The notes below the pieces were generated by a model, which saw only the letters and a program-made list of their open reading frames with translations, did no database searches and had not been told where the DNA came from. The translations under genes and the position numbers were made by a program. 64,000 bases of DNA from the NCBI RefSeq assembly GCF_009914755.1, contig NC_060930.1. The stretch is one strand, 5' to 3'. The DNA is from the human T2T-CHM13v2.0 reference genome, Homo sapiens. Shown here in pieces: positions 1 to 12,720 of the stretch. Each line of letters begins with the position of its first letter. The stretch's first letter is position 1.

Positions 1-193
<193 letters not shown>

Positions 194-849
194 TTATACT
201 ACATCATTTTTAATTAGTTCACAATTTATCGTACAGTATCCTGTTCTGCACTTGGGTCATTTTTTCTTTTGTTTTTTTTTCTATTATATTATACACTGTA
301 ATAAACATACTATAACTTCACAGAAATTCTTAGTGCCGTATATCCAGTGGACTAAGCTTAAATTTAATTCTTATCATATCTTCTCTCTATTTCCATGTAC
401 TTTATTCATAACAGCTTTGGTATTTAAAATTTCTCTGTCTTTACCTTTCTATGTATAGAGATTATGATTTTAACTTTTCTTACATATTTGCTCTCAGTGA
501 GAATAGAGCTTGTTTTATAGTCTAAGTGTCTTATTTTCCTTAAGTCAAGCCAATTGAGAGTAAATTAAAAACAATAAGGGTTTTCACAATGTGCTATATT
601 TTAATGAAGCAATCACTTTCTTAGATATATCCATTAATCAGGTGTCTAGTGGGTACACAGCATTGTTCTTGGTGCAGAAGAGAATAAAGAAGAATTCTGT
701 TACTGTCTGTATCACTAAAGGTCTAACTTCTTAGCCGACAATATAGATACACACAAAAATAAATAAATAATAAGATAATTATACAAGAAGTATATAATGG
801 AACCGTATGAGGTACTAACATTCATTTAAGTTATCACTGTGGCTGAGGT

Positions 850-1035
850 ACTATGATATATATAGTGTGACCTCCTAATTCAGATTAGAGATTTGAATCA
901 TTGTTTTGCCATTTATAAAATGGGTGACCTCTTTCAGGAGCCTTATATTTTTAAGGTTCAGGAATTTTGTCATTAAGAAGGGGCTAACAGTGCCATCCTA
1001 AAAGACTTGTGAATTTGACATGTTGTGCCTTAAAG
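850..1035 (+). mobile_element. MIR fragment (old SINE)
   Basis: Degenerate MIR core-like text (GATTTGAATC...TTTGCCATTTATAAAATGGGTGACC); boundaries approximate. Confidence 0.45.
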
Positions 1036-2509
1036 TATAGGAACAAAATATATTGAGGCAATTATAATTATATTTGAGCAGAGTTAGAAAACCAAATCAG
1101 ATTTGTAAGATCACACCAAATTGTTATTTGATATTATTGAGGTAGTTCAATTTCCTCAAACTTATGTGTACAAAGTAGCCTTGTAAGTATAAAAAAAATT
1201 CTTCACTCACTAGGACTAATTTTGTGTTCCATATACATAAATCTTATGCTATCACGATTTTGGTGTTTTTTCTCAAGGTGAGCATATATAAACAAGAATC
1301 AAGGCTTTTTTTCCGAAATAGTTTACACAATATCTTATGAATAAATAAAATTTGTCATAATATTCTGAAGTTCATTACTTAAAAATAAATCACCCCATCT
1401 TAATGGGTACCAGTGTACACCTACACCATGTGGTTTCAGTCTATTTACAAGTTATAGAAAGAGTGATAAACATAACATCTCCCTAAATATATGCAGAGAT
1501 ATTGACCTCAACTGTCAGGCAATAGACATGAAATTGTTTTCAGTATCCCATGTGTGAGCCTGAATAATTTCATACAGTGTCTATAATAGATTGTAAACTT
1601 TTATATTTCAGCACTTTGAAAAATTTTTGCATAATTATAGAATTGAGTTTTGCTAGACCATCATATTGTAGAGCCCTCTTTTATTCCAATTGTTGAGACT
1701 GATGTAAAGAAATTGAGTTAGCAAACTTGTTTTCATGAAGCTGAAACTTTCAGGCTCATTAATCATGTAGGGGTGTTTTGTGTTTTTTTTCCAAGGTGAA
1801 TGACATTAAATAGGGTAATTATAAAGACCCTTCTTCATGTAGGATTTTTTGTTTGTTTATTTCTAATATGCGTATTATGATATTTAGCAAAGATTTTAAC
1901 CACAGGAGGGATGGGTAGTCACTTTTGTCATTTTCCAGACTGTTCCCTGGACAGTGAGAGCACAAAGGAAATGCACTTACCTTTATATATTCATGACATT
2001 TCATCCATTGACTTTCACACAGTTTCAAATTATGAGATTTAGAACATTCCACTACATTCAACCTGAGGTCAACACACTGGGACTTAAGAGAATTTTGTTA
2101 TTTTGTAACCATTTTATCTCCATACCTCTATATACTGTACTGACCTTTTGTAATAAATGAATATGACAAAAGTGCAGTTGGCTGAAATCTACCAATTACC
2201 TCTTCATCTACAATGATGATCTCCTGTGTTCATGATTTGTTAACTTGGGAGTTTAGAAAATAATGTGAACTGATAGTCCTTTGCATATAATTCTGTATGT
2301 ATGTTGTTGTGGAGGTGGAGAAAGCAATTAAATACTATTACACTCTATGCTAGTTGTGATGCAGTGGAAATGTGTTAGTCTGATTTGATTTTTAGACTTT
2401 AGGAAGGCATTTCTACAAATTCAGAGAAAATTATGATTTTATGTTTCAAAAGGAAAGTAACTTGAACAGGATTTTTTCTTTTATTTCCAGAGTTTGTTCT
2501 TTTAAAACA

Positions 2510-3310
2510 TTTTTTAAAAATTGTAGATTCCCTGGGTACTTGTGCAGGTTTGTTACATGGGTGTATTGTGTGATGCTGAAGTTTGTGCTTCTAAGGATCC
2601 TGTCACTCCAGTAGTGAATATAGTACTCGATAAGTAGTTTTATAAGCCTTGCCTCTCTCTCTCCCTTCCCTCTTTTGGAATCCCCAGTACTAATTGTTTC
2701 CATCTTTATGTCTGTGTACCCAATGTTTAGCTTCCACTTATAAGTGAGAACAAGCAGTATTTGGTTTTCTGTTTCTGTGTTAATATGCTTAGAATAACGG
2801 CCTCCAGCTACATCCATGTTGCTGCAAAGGACATTATTTTGTTCTTTTTTATGGCTGCATGTATTCCATGGTGTGTATGTACCACACTTGCTTTATCTAA
2901 TCTATCATCGATAGGCACCTAGGTTGATACCACGAGTTTGCTATCGTGAATAGGGCTGTGATAAACATGTGAGTGCAGGTGTGTTTTTGGTAGAAATATG
3001 TATTTCCCATTGGGTATATACTCAGTAATGGGATTGCTGGGTCGAATGGTAATTCTGTCTTTAGTTTTTTTGAGAAATCTCCAAACTGCTTTCTACAAAA
3101 GCAGAACTCATTTGCATTTCCACCAGTGTATAAGTGTTCCTTTTTCTCTGCAACTTCTCCAACATTTGCTATTTTTTGACTTCTTAGTAATACCCATTCT
3201 GACTGATATCTCATTGTGGTTTTGAATTGCATCTCTTTGATGATCAGTGATGCTGAGCATTTTTTTACATTTTTTGGCCACTTGTATGTCTTCTTTCTAG
3301 AAGTGTCTTG
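2510..3310 (-). mobile_element. L1 3' end (old L1PA/L1PB class): 3'UTR plus ORF2 C-terminus
   Basis: GTGCAGGTTTGTTACATGGG...CCACTTATAAGTGAGAACA 3'UTR; ORF 2897..3232(-) contains ELPFDPAIPLLSIYP and CTHMFITALFTIA of the L1 ORF2p C-terminus. Confidence 0.95.
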
Positions 3311-3939
3311 AACATTAATTTTTCTGTTTAGATTTAGAAGAGAAAGGCAGGCCCAGGCATGATGTTTGGGGCTAGATGTGAAAAATGTTTTTTAAAAATG
3401 AAATACAGTAAATAAGTCTCATTTATTTGCCTGCAGCATTTCTCTGTTGGAGAGAATAAGCCTTACACTCAAAAGGCTAGAAAATTTTTTGATAATAGAG
3501 AAATGAAGTCAAGTTATTGAGGAGAAGGCAAATGTGCAAATGACTGCTGTAAATGACTTTGACTTTTCTTAACTAGATTAATTGCATTCTAGTGTCCTGA
3601 AGGAACTTATAAACTTATAGATGAAAAACAAACATAAAAGATGAAAAAATTATAGAGCAAGATACGAGGAATGGAAGATTGGACATCAGAAACTTATTCA
3701 TACTTTCAAATGAAGTAAAAAATATATATCTATAAACATTAGATATATGGCTATAATCATAGAATATAACATTATAATATAAACAGATATATAAATATTA
3801 GAGAACATATAAACATTAGAGAATGGCTATAATCATAGAAAAGTTTCTAGAATGAATAATTAAAAGGATGAATTATGAGTACTTAGTACAAGTTGCTGTG
3901 ATCAATGGGAGGAGCCAAAATGAGTTTATATATGGCATA

Positions 3940-4230
3940 TTGTGGCAGATATTGCAGTTTGGCTTATAATCAACCTTTTTTTACCATCTCACTTCTTGTT
4001 CCATATCACAGAGGGTCGGAAGTTAAATATTTGATTTTTAGCCTCTTTTACAACTCAGGGTGGACATTTGACACATTTCTGACCTATGATATACAGGTAA
4101 AATTTGTTGCCACTGCTCTTCTGCCCTTTATCTTTCTTATTTCTTATTGCTGAGATAAGATGTAAGAATTGGAGGTATAGTATCTATCTTTGATCATGCA
4201 GTTATAAATCATCAAGCTAAGGATGAATGT
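3940..4230 (+). mobile_element. Old LTR fragment (LTR33/MLT1-like)
   Basis: Starts TGTGGCAGAT and has the TTTTAGCCTC...GGTGGACATTTGACACATTTCTGACC motif typical of old ERVL/MaLR LTRs. Confidence 0.35.
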
Positions 4231-4249
4231 AATTTAACAAATCTATACT

Positions 4250-4850
4250 GATAGTAATAAAACTCTGGGATGTAGTTTCAGATACTATAACTGAAAATGT
4301 ATACAATGGAGAGGTATGGCTTAAGAGAAGTACACTGGAAAATACCTAATTTTTAGTTGATAGTAAACTTAATTCAAAGCAACATATGGTGTGAATTTAC
4401 CTACAAAATCATAGTTCATGCTTTCGCTACACTAAATGTAATCGTTTTACATTCCACAATTATCTGACCATTTCTAGACCAAGCTAAAAGTCAGTGGAAG
4501 ATGTCATGATGGCCTGAAACTATGACTGACGATAACTGATTATTTAGCTTATGGAAGAGGAGATTTAGGGAGCATGTGACTGTGGAGTTTAAATATTAAA
4601 AGGTCATAATTCAGAAGGGGAAGTAGACTTAATTTTAATGGCTCTAAAGTATAGAACTATGACTGGAGGCTAGAATTTATGAGACATTTTACCATAGTTT
4701 AGTAAAAGTTGAAATAAACTAGGTAAGCAAGTAGTTTATAATTTCTTAAAATATGCAAGTAGAAGTTGGATGTCCACTTGAAACAGATGTTGTAAGAATA
4801 TTGTATTTGATAGGGTTTGAAATATATAGCTTCTAAGGTCCTTATCAATT
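4250..4850 (+). mobile_element. L3/CR1 LINE 3' fragment
   Basis: TTTAGCTTATGGAAGAGGAGATTTAGGGAGCATGTGA...GAAGTAGACTTA...TAGAACTATGACT resembles the CR1/L3 ORF2 end. Confidence 0.55.
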
Positions 4851-5929
4851 ATTGGATCCTTATCAGTTATATGCCTTGATGGTTATATAACACTGATCTC
4901 CGAACCCTAAAGAGCAATATTTGGTTTTGTAGGTGTTTACAATTAATCACATTTGTAGATGTGGTAATGGTTCTAGCAGTCAATAAACCTACTTCAGTAG
5001 ATACGTATTTGTTTTAGCTTAAAGTTTTGGCTGATATGGTAAGTTGATTCCCACTGTTTATGTTTTACCATTTTCCAAAATAAAAGATTACACATTTAAA
5101 GCTATTGGGCAAAAAGTTAACTGTTTGAGCTGTTAAGTTTGTTGCATGACTGTACCTTAAAGGCCAAGATTATATAATGTAATTTATACTAAATAGAAAA
5201 GCAAAAGGAAACACTTTTGGCAATAATATGTACCTTTGAATACTTCATCAGTGGTCTTAATGGTGCATCAGTTAAGAAAGAGACTGGATAGATGAGGTGA
5301 GGCTGAAAGTCTCAGAACAGCTTTAGTAGATACCCTAGATTGACTCTTTAAATTCAATTCTGTCCTCATTAGAGTGGGAAAGACTGAAAAGCTGAAGGCT
5401 GCATTTCCCAGATTCCACTGTGTCAGGGATTCTGGAGGCAAAATATTCTCACCACTTAGATTCATCTGTGTGATTATTAGAGAGTGGAAAGGAAGCAAAG
5501 GGCATCTTTTGATCTGCATTTAACTGTTTTCCCTGGCCGATATGGTTATGGAATCAGTGGGTTTCCTGCAGCAATATTTAGGGCCCATTCTATGGACTCC
5601 TAGGAGTCCTGTGGCAGGGGCATGCCAGTGCAGCTAATGATTCCATCTAGCTCCAGAAGCATCCCCAGGGTTAGTAACTCTGTATAATTTTTGTGAGTTA
5701 TTCCTGGAGGCTCAGGCTTTGATTTGCTGCTTCAACTGTTCTAATATTTTGAGAGTTCTTAATTCTGTTTATAATCTTTTCCTGCTGAACATATCTGGAA
5801 TGTTTTCTGCATTGGACCATGATGATTATTCATAACTAAATACAAAATAAAAATGACTAGGCAGTAGTTGTGGTGCTTCCTGGCATGTTATAAATGATTC
5901 AGCTACACTAAGATTTCCACAACTGTGTC

Positions 5930-6310
5930 CTGACTACATCATGGTACATCATCTTTACCTCAGAACCTTGGCACATGTTCTGCCTGGGTCTAAAATATGA
6001 TATTCCAAGTTCTTAGCTCGACCATCTCCATGTTATCTTTTAAGTCTCAGCTAAAGTACTCCTCAATATAGACTCAACTTTGACTTTGACCTCTAACACT
6101 TACCTCTGATTTCTGGGATCTCCTAGTGTCCCACACTGCCCACTTCTTGCCTTGATCATAGGACCCCTGTCTTGCTACACAAAGGCTTGTCTTTGCCCCC
6201 ACACTGAGCTTTTTGAGTGTCAGTGCTAAATCTTTTATCTTTAGACATAGCACAGTATCAGACAAATGGAAAACAGTTTATAATGTTCATTACATGAATT
6301 TATGCATAAT
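5930..6310 (+). mobile_element. L2 fragment
   Basis: CCTCAGAACCTTGGCACATGTTCTGCCTGG...AGCACAGTATCAGACAAA...AATGTTCATTACATGAAT resembles the L2 3' end. Confidence 0.5.
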
Positions 6311-6899
6311 TAATGCACAGCTGAGTGGAATATAAAAAAGACACAAAAATATTCATGATTTTGAACTCCTTTGCACAGTTGATGCTCAAATGTTTTAGAA
6401 ATCTTGAGGAAATGTATGTTGCAATATTTAAGAAAGAAGAATCATAATGTTCGCAACTTCAAATGATTCAGATGAAAATATATAACAAATATGGTAGAAT
6501 AACAAAAATTATATCTAGGTAAAGGTCTCATGAGTGTTTATGGTGTTATTCCACTTTTCTGCATATTTGGAAATTTCTGTAATAAATTGAGACAATATGA
6601 AAATATAACAAAGGAAAAATATGAATATATGTGTGTTTATACATCACACACACAGACATACATATGTACACAAACTTTCTCCAACAAATTTGATAAAACC
6701 TACATGCAATATTCATAAGATTTGTGTTTTGGGGTGTGTGTGTGCACATGTATGTGCGCATGTGTGTATGTGTGGTGGAAAGGAATGTTAAACTCAGAAA
6801 AACTCAGGTGAAGTACATAAAGGAGTTTTGTTACAAAGGGAATTTTTAAAATAAACATATGTAAATGCAATCAAAAAATCATTATTCTATGTTACATTT

Positions 6900-8005
6900 T
6901 GCTGCGGGAAGTCAGGGACCCCAAATGGACGGACCAGCTGAAGCCATGGCAGAAGAACGTGGATTGTGAAGACTTCATGGACATTTATTAGTTCCCCAAA
7001 TTAATACTTTTATAATTTCTAACGCCTGTCTTTACTGCAACCTCTGAACATAAATTGTGAAGATTTCATGGACACTCATCACTTCCCCAATCAATACCGT
7101 TGTGATTTCCTATGCCTGTCTTTAATCTCTTAATCCTGTCATCTTTGTAAGCTGAGGAGGATGTATGTCGCCTCAGGACCCTGTGATGATTGCATTAACT
7201 GCACAAATTGTTTGTAGAGCATGTGTGTTTGAACAATATGAAATCTGGGCACCTTGAAAAAAGAACAGGATAACAGCAATGTTCAGGGAACAAGAGAGAT
7301 AACCTTAAACTCTGACCGCCGGTGAGCTGGGTGGAACAGAGCCATATTTCTCTTCTTTCACAAGCAAATGGGAGAAATATTGCTGAATTCTTTTTCTCAG
7401 CAAGGAACATCCCTGAGAAAGAGAATGCGTCCCTGAGAGTAGGCCTCTGAAATGGCCACTTCAGGGGCGGCCATCTTTTATGGTCACAGCTGTAGGGATG
7501 AAATAAGCCCCAGTCTCCTGTAGTGCTCCCAGGCTTATTAGGACGAGGAAATTCCCGCCTAATAAATTTTGGTGAGACCATTGTTGCTCTCAAACCCTGT
7601 GTCCTGATAAGACATTATCAATGACAATGCATGCTCGCAACTCCATTAACAATTTTAATTTCGCCCCAGTCCTGTGGTCCTGTGATCTCGCCCTGCCTCC
7701 ATTTGCCTTGTGATATTCTATTACCTTGTGAAGCACGTGATCTCTGTGGTCCACACCCTATTCATACACTCCCTCCCCTTTTGAAAATCACTAACAAAAA
7801 CTTGCTGGTTTTGCGGCTCAGGGGGCATCATGGAACCTGCCGACATGTGATGTCTTCCCAGGACACCCAGCTTTAAAATTTCTCTCTTTTTGAACTCTGT
7901 CCCTTTATTTCTCAGACCGGCCGACACTTAGGGAAAATAGAAAAGAACCCAAGTGAAATATCGGGGGTGAATTTCACCCGATATCTGGCTGAATTTCCCC
8001 CGATA
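6900..8005 (+). mobile_element. MER11 solo LTR (HML-8/ERVK; MER11C-like)
   Basis: Begins TGCTGCGGGAAGTCAGGGACCCC, has internal TTGTGAAGAyTTCATGGACA repeats and ends GAATTTCCCCCGATA; perfect 6-bp TSD ACATTT at 6894-6899 and 8006-8011. Confidence 0.95.
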
Positions 8006-8629
8006 ACATTTGTTGTAGATGCTCATCACAATGCAGAATGAAGGTTGTGTATTGGCCACAGTCTAACCAAATGTCTGCAAAGCTCTTTTAAATCTATTTG
8101 AAACATGTAAGTTATCTAAAACTTACATATTTGGCCTTCTGAAAAGCCCAGTGATCTGGAAACTCATATTCATGTGAGGATGAAGTGCCTAGGGGTGTGT
8201 AGTGGTTGTTACCTTGACATAGTGACATGTTGTCAGTTCAGCATCCCTTCAGTCCAGTTCTCTCTTCTCACTCCAGCTTCTCTCAAACTCAGACCAAGTA
8301 TCTGTTGCCCTTTCATCATAGTGTGTGTAACTGTTGATTGTTTTTCCCTTGTACTCTGTAAAAGATGGGGAGGTGAAGTGTGGGAAACCAGGTAGTTGGA
8401 GAGGGCCACATGAAATATAGGGAAATATATTTTGGTGGAAATGAATGATATCCCTATGTGTTTAATATGCAAAAGTGTCTTTTAAAAAATACCACCTGGA
8501 CAATACAATTCATTCAAATTGTCTGCCTGACTTTTGCAGGGATTTGAATTGACAATCCTAGAAAAAGAGAGAAAAAAATCCTTTTCAATAACAAATGTTA
8601 CATGTTCTATTCCACATTGTTATTTAAAG

Positions 8630-8875
8630 GCTAAAGTAAAGATGAACGTATTATGTGCCAGACACTATTTGAAATGCTTTAGATGTTTTCAGTCAGTCCT
8701 CATGGCAACTCAAGAATCTAAGAATGGCTACTAGCTTTATTTTAGAGTGGAGGAAACTAAGCCATCGAGTATAGTATTTTGGTGGTTAAGTAAATCACCC
8801 AAGGCTCAACATTCCAAGTTAAAGGAAAGATTCAGTTCCTTTGATCATAGAGGCTATGCTCTAAATCACTATGCT
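8630..8875 (-). mobile_element. MIR
   Basis: TATGTGCCAGACACTATTTGAAATGCTTT...GAGGAAACTAAG...GGTTAAGTAAATCACCCAAGG...CTCTAAATCACTATGC. Confidence 0.7.
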
Positions 8876-8919
8876 ATAGAATGCATGCTTACAATAGAAT
8901 TTCTCTTTACTTCTCTCTC

Positions 8920-9155
8920 TTTTTTTTTTTTTTTTGCAAACTCCGCCTTCTGGGTTCAAGTGATTCCCCTGTCTTAGCCTCCCGAGTAGCTGGGACTACA
9001 GGCATGCGCCGCCATGCCCAGCTAATTTTTGTATTTTTAGAGAGACGGAGTTTCACCATGTTGGCCAGGATGGTCTCAATCTCTTGACCTCGTGATCCAC
9101 CCGCCTCGGCCTCTGAAAGTGCTGGGACCACAAGTGTGAGGCACTGCACCCGGCC
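8920..9155 (-). mobile_element. Alu (AluS) lacking ~57 nt next to its tail
   Basis: Poly-T 8920-8935 joined directly to GCAAACTCCGCC; the remainder is Alu through CCCGGCC. Confidence 0.95.
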
Positions 9156-9396
9156 ACTCGCTTTAATTTTCTAACTAAAATATATTTTAAAAGAGTACAG
9201 TACCTCCTAGGGCACTTCTAATGCACTGACAGTTTCTGGACTTAGAGCCTAAAGATACACAGAAATTTGTCTGAATACCAGACCTTGCAGTTAGAAGAAT
9301 TGACTATTCTACAATTGAATTATCTGATCCAAAATTAGTATTCATTCCTGTCTGTTTAAAGAATTAGTAATCATTAAGTAATTTGTGCCCCTGAGG

Positions 9397-9444
9397 GAAA
9401 AAAGCTATACTCTAAAGAAAAAAGCTATACTCTAAAGAAAAAGC
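9397..9444. repeat. 20-bp perfect tandem duplication
   Basis: GAAAAAAGCTATACTCTAAA twice (9397-9416, 9417-9436) plus a partial third copy. Confidence 0.9.
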
Positions 9445-10959
9445 AGTCCCCCAAATATCTTATGGGTATTTCCCTTCTTCGAAATGAAGCCTTGAACAAA
9501 ATGTTTATCAATTCTCACTCCATCTTTCCCATATATCCAAATGTGTTTGATTGGAAAGTGAACATCAGAATTTTTTGAACAGAGCTGTTTTAACTTGTGG
9601 AATTCTAGGGCAAACTTCACTCTGTTTACTCAATCCTCTTTCATAAAGATGCTTTTTTGGAGAAGAACAAAATATTTCCTTACATTGTCTGATCAAGCTT
9701 TTTAATTGGTGCCCATGAAGTAAATTCTCATGACAATTCTCATCATTTGAGAGTCAAGTAGACCCTTCTACCTCTGCTAATTTAGAAACTGCTATTACCA
9801 CCACATTTCTAGAAATATTTTCTTTTCCACCATATAGGAAATTACATGTCAATTTTAAAATACCAGCGTACATATTTTTAGTCAAATCTAGCTTTACATG
9901 ACACTTCATTGAAGTAAGAAATGTAAGACAAAAAGAGGCTTATATCTCCTTTGCATGTCAAGTATGAAATCATTACTTGAATCATTTCAGATGAAAATCA
10001 CCCCATGGCAGACACAACTAAAACAATAGCACTTAATTCATAAGTTTCACACCATTTATTTGAGAGAAAAGATTGTGGAAAGAGAGAGTCAGACATTGGA
10101 CATTTTAATGGCATGTATTGCCAAGAGCCGAAATATCATAGCAGTGAGGGAATTATATTTTTGAGGCTACAGAGTAAAGTCTATAATATCAATTTTACTC
10201 CCAATGAGTGGAAGTTAGGTTATGCTAAATTTTAAAGCCAGTGACCTGTCCTAGATTTTCCTAAAATTGCTTTCCATTGTATAATATCGCTACATTCATA
10301 TTGCACAGAATTTTATATTTAACAAATGAAGTATTACGTCCAAGTCTAGATGTTGGATATTCAGTTCTCACAAGCATTGCAGTGTAGTCACTGTGTGTAC
10401 TACATTTTTAGACTAGGTGTTACTTGAAGTTTCAGACTGCAGCAGGGAAGTTAAAATTCAGGAACTTTCTTAGTAGAAATAAAGGTAATTTATCCCTGTT
10501 GTGAATAGCAAGGTTTTTTTCTTTCTTTTAGAGGGAGTAAAGATATACCTCATTTAATTGCGCTTCACTTTATTGCACTTTGCCGATACTGTGTTTTTTT
10601 ACAAATTGAAGGTTTGTGGCAACCCTGCATAAAGCCAAGTCTATCGGTGCCATTTTTCCAACAGCATATGTTTACTTTCTGTTTCTGTGTCATGTTTTGG
10701 TAAGTATTGCAATATTTCAAACTTTTATTATTATTTATCTGTTATGGTGATCTGTGATCAGTGATCTTTGATGTTACTATTGTAATTGTTCTGGGGCACC
10801 TTGAACTATACCCATATGAGACAATGAACTTAATTGATAAATATGCATGTTCTGACTGTTCCACCTGCCAGCCATTTTCCTGTCTCTCTCCCTCTCCTCA
10901 GGCCTCAATACTCCCTAAAACACAACAATATTGAAATTGGGCCAATTAATAATCCTACA

Positions 10960-12720
10960 ATGGCCTCGAAGTGTTTAAGTGAAAGGAAGAGTCACATATC
11001 TTTCATGTTAAATCAAAAGCTAGAAATGATTAAGATTAGTGAAGAAGGCATGTCAAAAGTTGAGATAGGCTGAAAGATAGGCCTCTTGTGCAAACAGTTA
11101 GCCAACACTATGTATGCAAAGAAAAAGTTCTTAAGGAAAATTAAAAGTGCTTCTCCAATGATAAGAAAACAAAACTTAAGCCTTACTGCTGAGATGGAGA
11201 AAGTTTTAGTGGTCTGAGTAGAAAATCAAAACAGCCACAATATTCCCTTAACCTAAAGCCTAATCCATAGCAATGCTGTAGCTCTCTTCAATTTTATGAA
11301 GACTGAGGGAGGTGAGGAAGCTGCAGAAGAAAAGTTGGGAATTAACAGAGGTTGGTTCATGAGGTTTAAGGACAGAAGCCATCTTCATAACATAAAAGTT
11401 CAAGTGAAGCAGCAAATGCTGATGGAGTTGCTGCAGCAAGTTATCCAGAATATCTGGCTAAGATCATTGATGAAGATGGCTATGCTAAACAACAGATTTG
11501 CAATGTACACAAAAGAGCCTTCTTTTGGAAGAAGATGCCATCTAGAATTTTCATAGCTAAAGAGAAGTCAATGTCTGGCTTCAAAGTTTCAAAGTACAGC
11601 CTGATTCTTTTGTTAGGGGTTAATGCAGCTGGTAACTTGAAGTTGAAGACCATGCTCATTTTCCATTCCAAAAATCCTAGGCCCCTCAAGAATTATGCTA
11701 AATCCACTCTGCCTGTGCTCTATAAATGGAACAAAGTCTGGATGGTTGTTCCTCTGTTGATACCATGGTTTAATGAATACTTTAATCCCACTGTTGAGAA
11801 TTACTCCTCAGAAAAAATACTCCTTTCAAAATATTACTGCTCATTGATAATGTTCTTGGTCACCCAAGAGCTCTAATGGAGATGTACAAGTAGATTAATG
11901 CTTTTATCATGCCTGCTGACATAATATTATTCTGCAGCCCATGGATCAAGGAGTAATTTCAACTTACAAGTATTATTTAAGAAATGCATTTCTGGTGGCA
12001 GGCACCTGTAGTCCAGCTACTTGGGAGGCTGAGGCTGGAGAATGGCATGAACCCAGGAGGCGGAGCTTGCAGTGAGCCGAGACCACGTCACTGCACTCCA
12101 GCCTGGGTGACAGAGCGAGACTCTGTCTGGAAAAAAAAAAAAAAAAAAAAGAAATGCATTTCATAAGGCTGTATATGTCTGTCACAGATAGTGATTCCTC
12201 TAATAGATCTAGGCAAAATAAATTGAAAATCTTCTGAAACGCATTCACCATTCTAGATGCCATTAAGAACATTTGTGATACATGAGAGGATACCAAAATA
12301 CCAATATTGACAGAAGTTTAGAAGTTGATTCCAACCCACATGAATGACTTTGAGGGGTCATTCCTTCAATGAAGGAAGTACCTTTGAAGGGTACTTCCTT
12401 TGGTGGTACCTTGAAAGGTACTTCCTTCTGTGAAGAAAGTAACTGCAGATGTAATGGAAATAGCAAGAGAACTAGAATTAGAAGTGGAGGCTGAAGATAA
12501 GCCTGAATTGCTGCAATCTCATGATCTAACTTGAATGGATGGGGGGTTGCTTCTTATAAATGAGCAAATAAAGTGGTTTATTGAGATGGAATCTACTCCT
12601 GACAAATATTCTGTGGATTGTTGAAATGATAACAAAGAATTTAAAATATTCGTTAAACTTACTTGATAAAGCAGTGGCAGAGTTTAAGAGAATTGACTCC
12701 AATTTTGACAAAAAGTTGTA
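10960..12720 (+). pseudogene. Frameshifted Tigger1 (pogo/CENP-B-like DDE) transposase
   Basis: ORF pieces [51 protein letters not shown] and [17 protein letters not shown]...[23 protein letters not shown], broken by stops, frameshifts and an Alu. Confidence 0.9.
11993..12150 (+). mobile_element. 5'-truncated AluY-like (right monomer) inserted in Tigger1
   Basis: GGCGGAGCTTGCAGTGAGCCGAG, A20 tail, TSD AAGAAATGCATTTC (11979-11992 / 12149-12162). Confidence 0.95.

Noticed and set aside
5594-5609. Perfect 16-bp palindromes GGACTCCTAGGAGTCC, CGGTAGTATACTACCG (15448-15463) and TGAGAATTAATTCTCA (~50938)
   Set aside because: One or two 8-bp-arm palindromes are expected by chance in 64 kb, and they share no sequence
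10834-11876. TIGD1-like gene
   Set aside because: The transposase is split over frames with stops and an Alu insertion; it is an ordinary dead Tigger1
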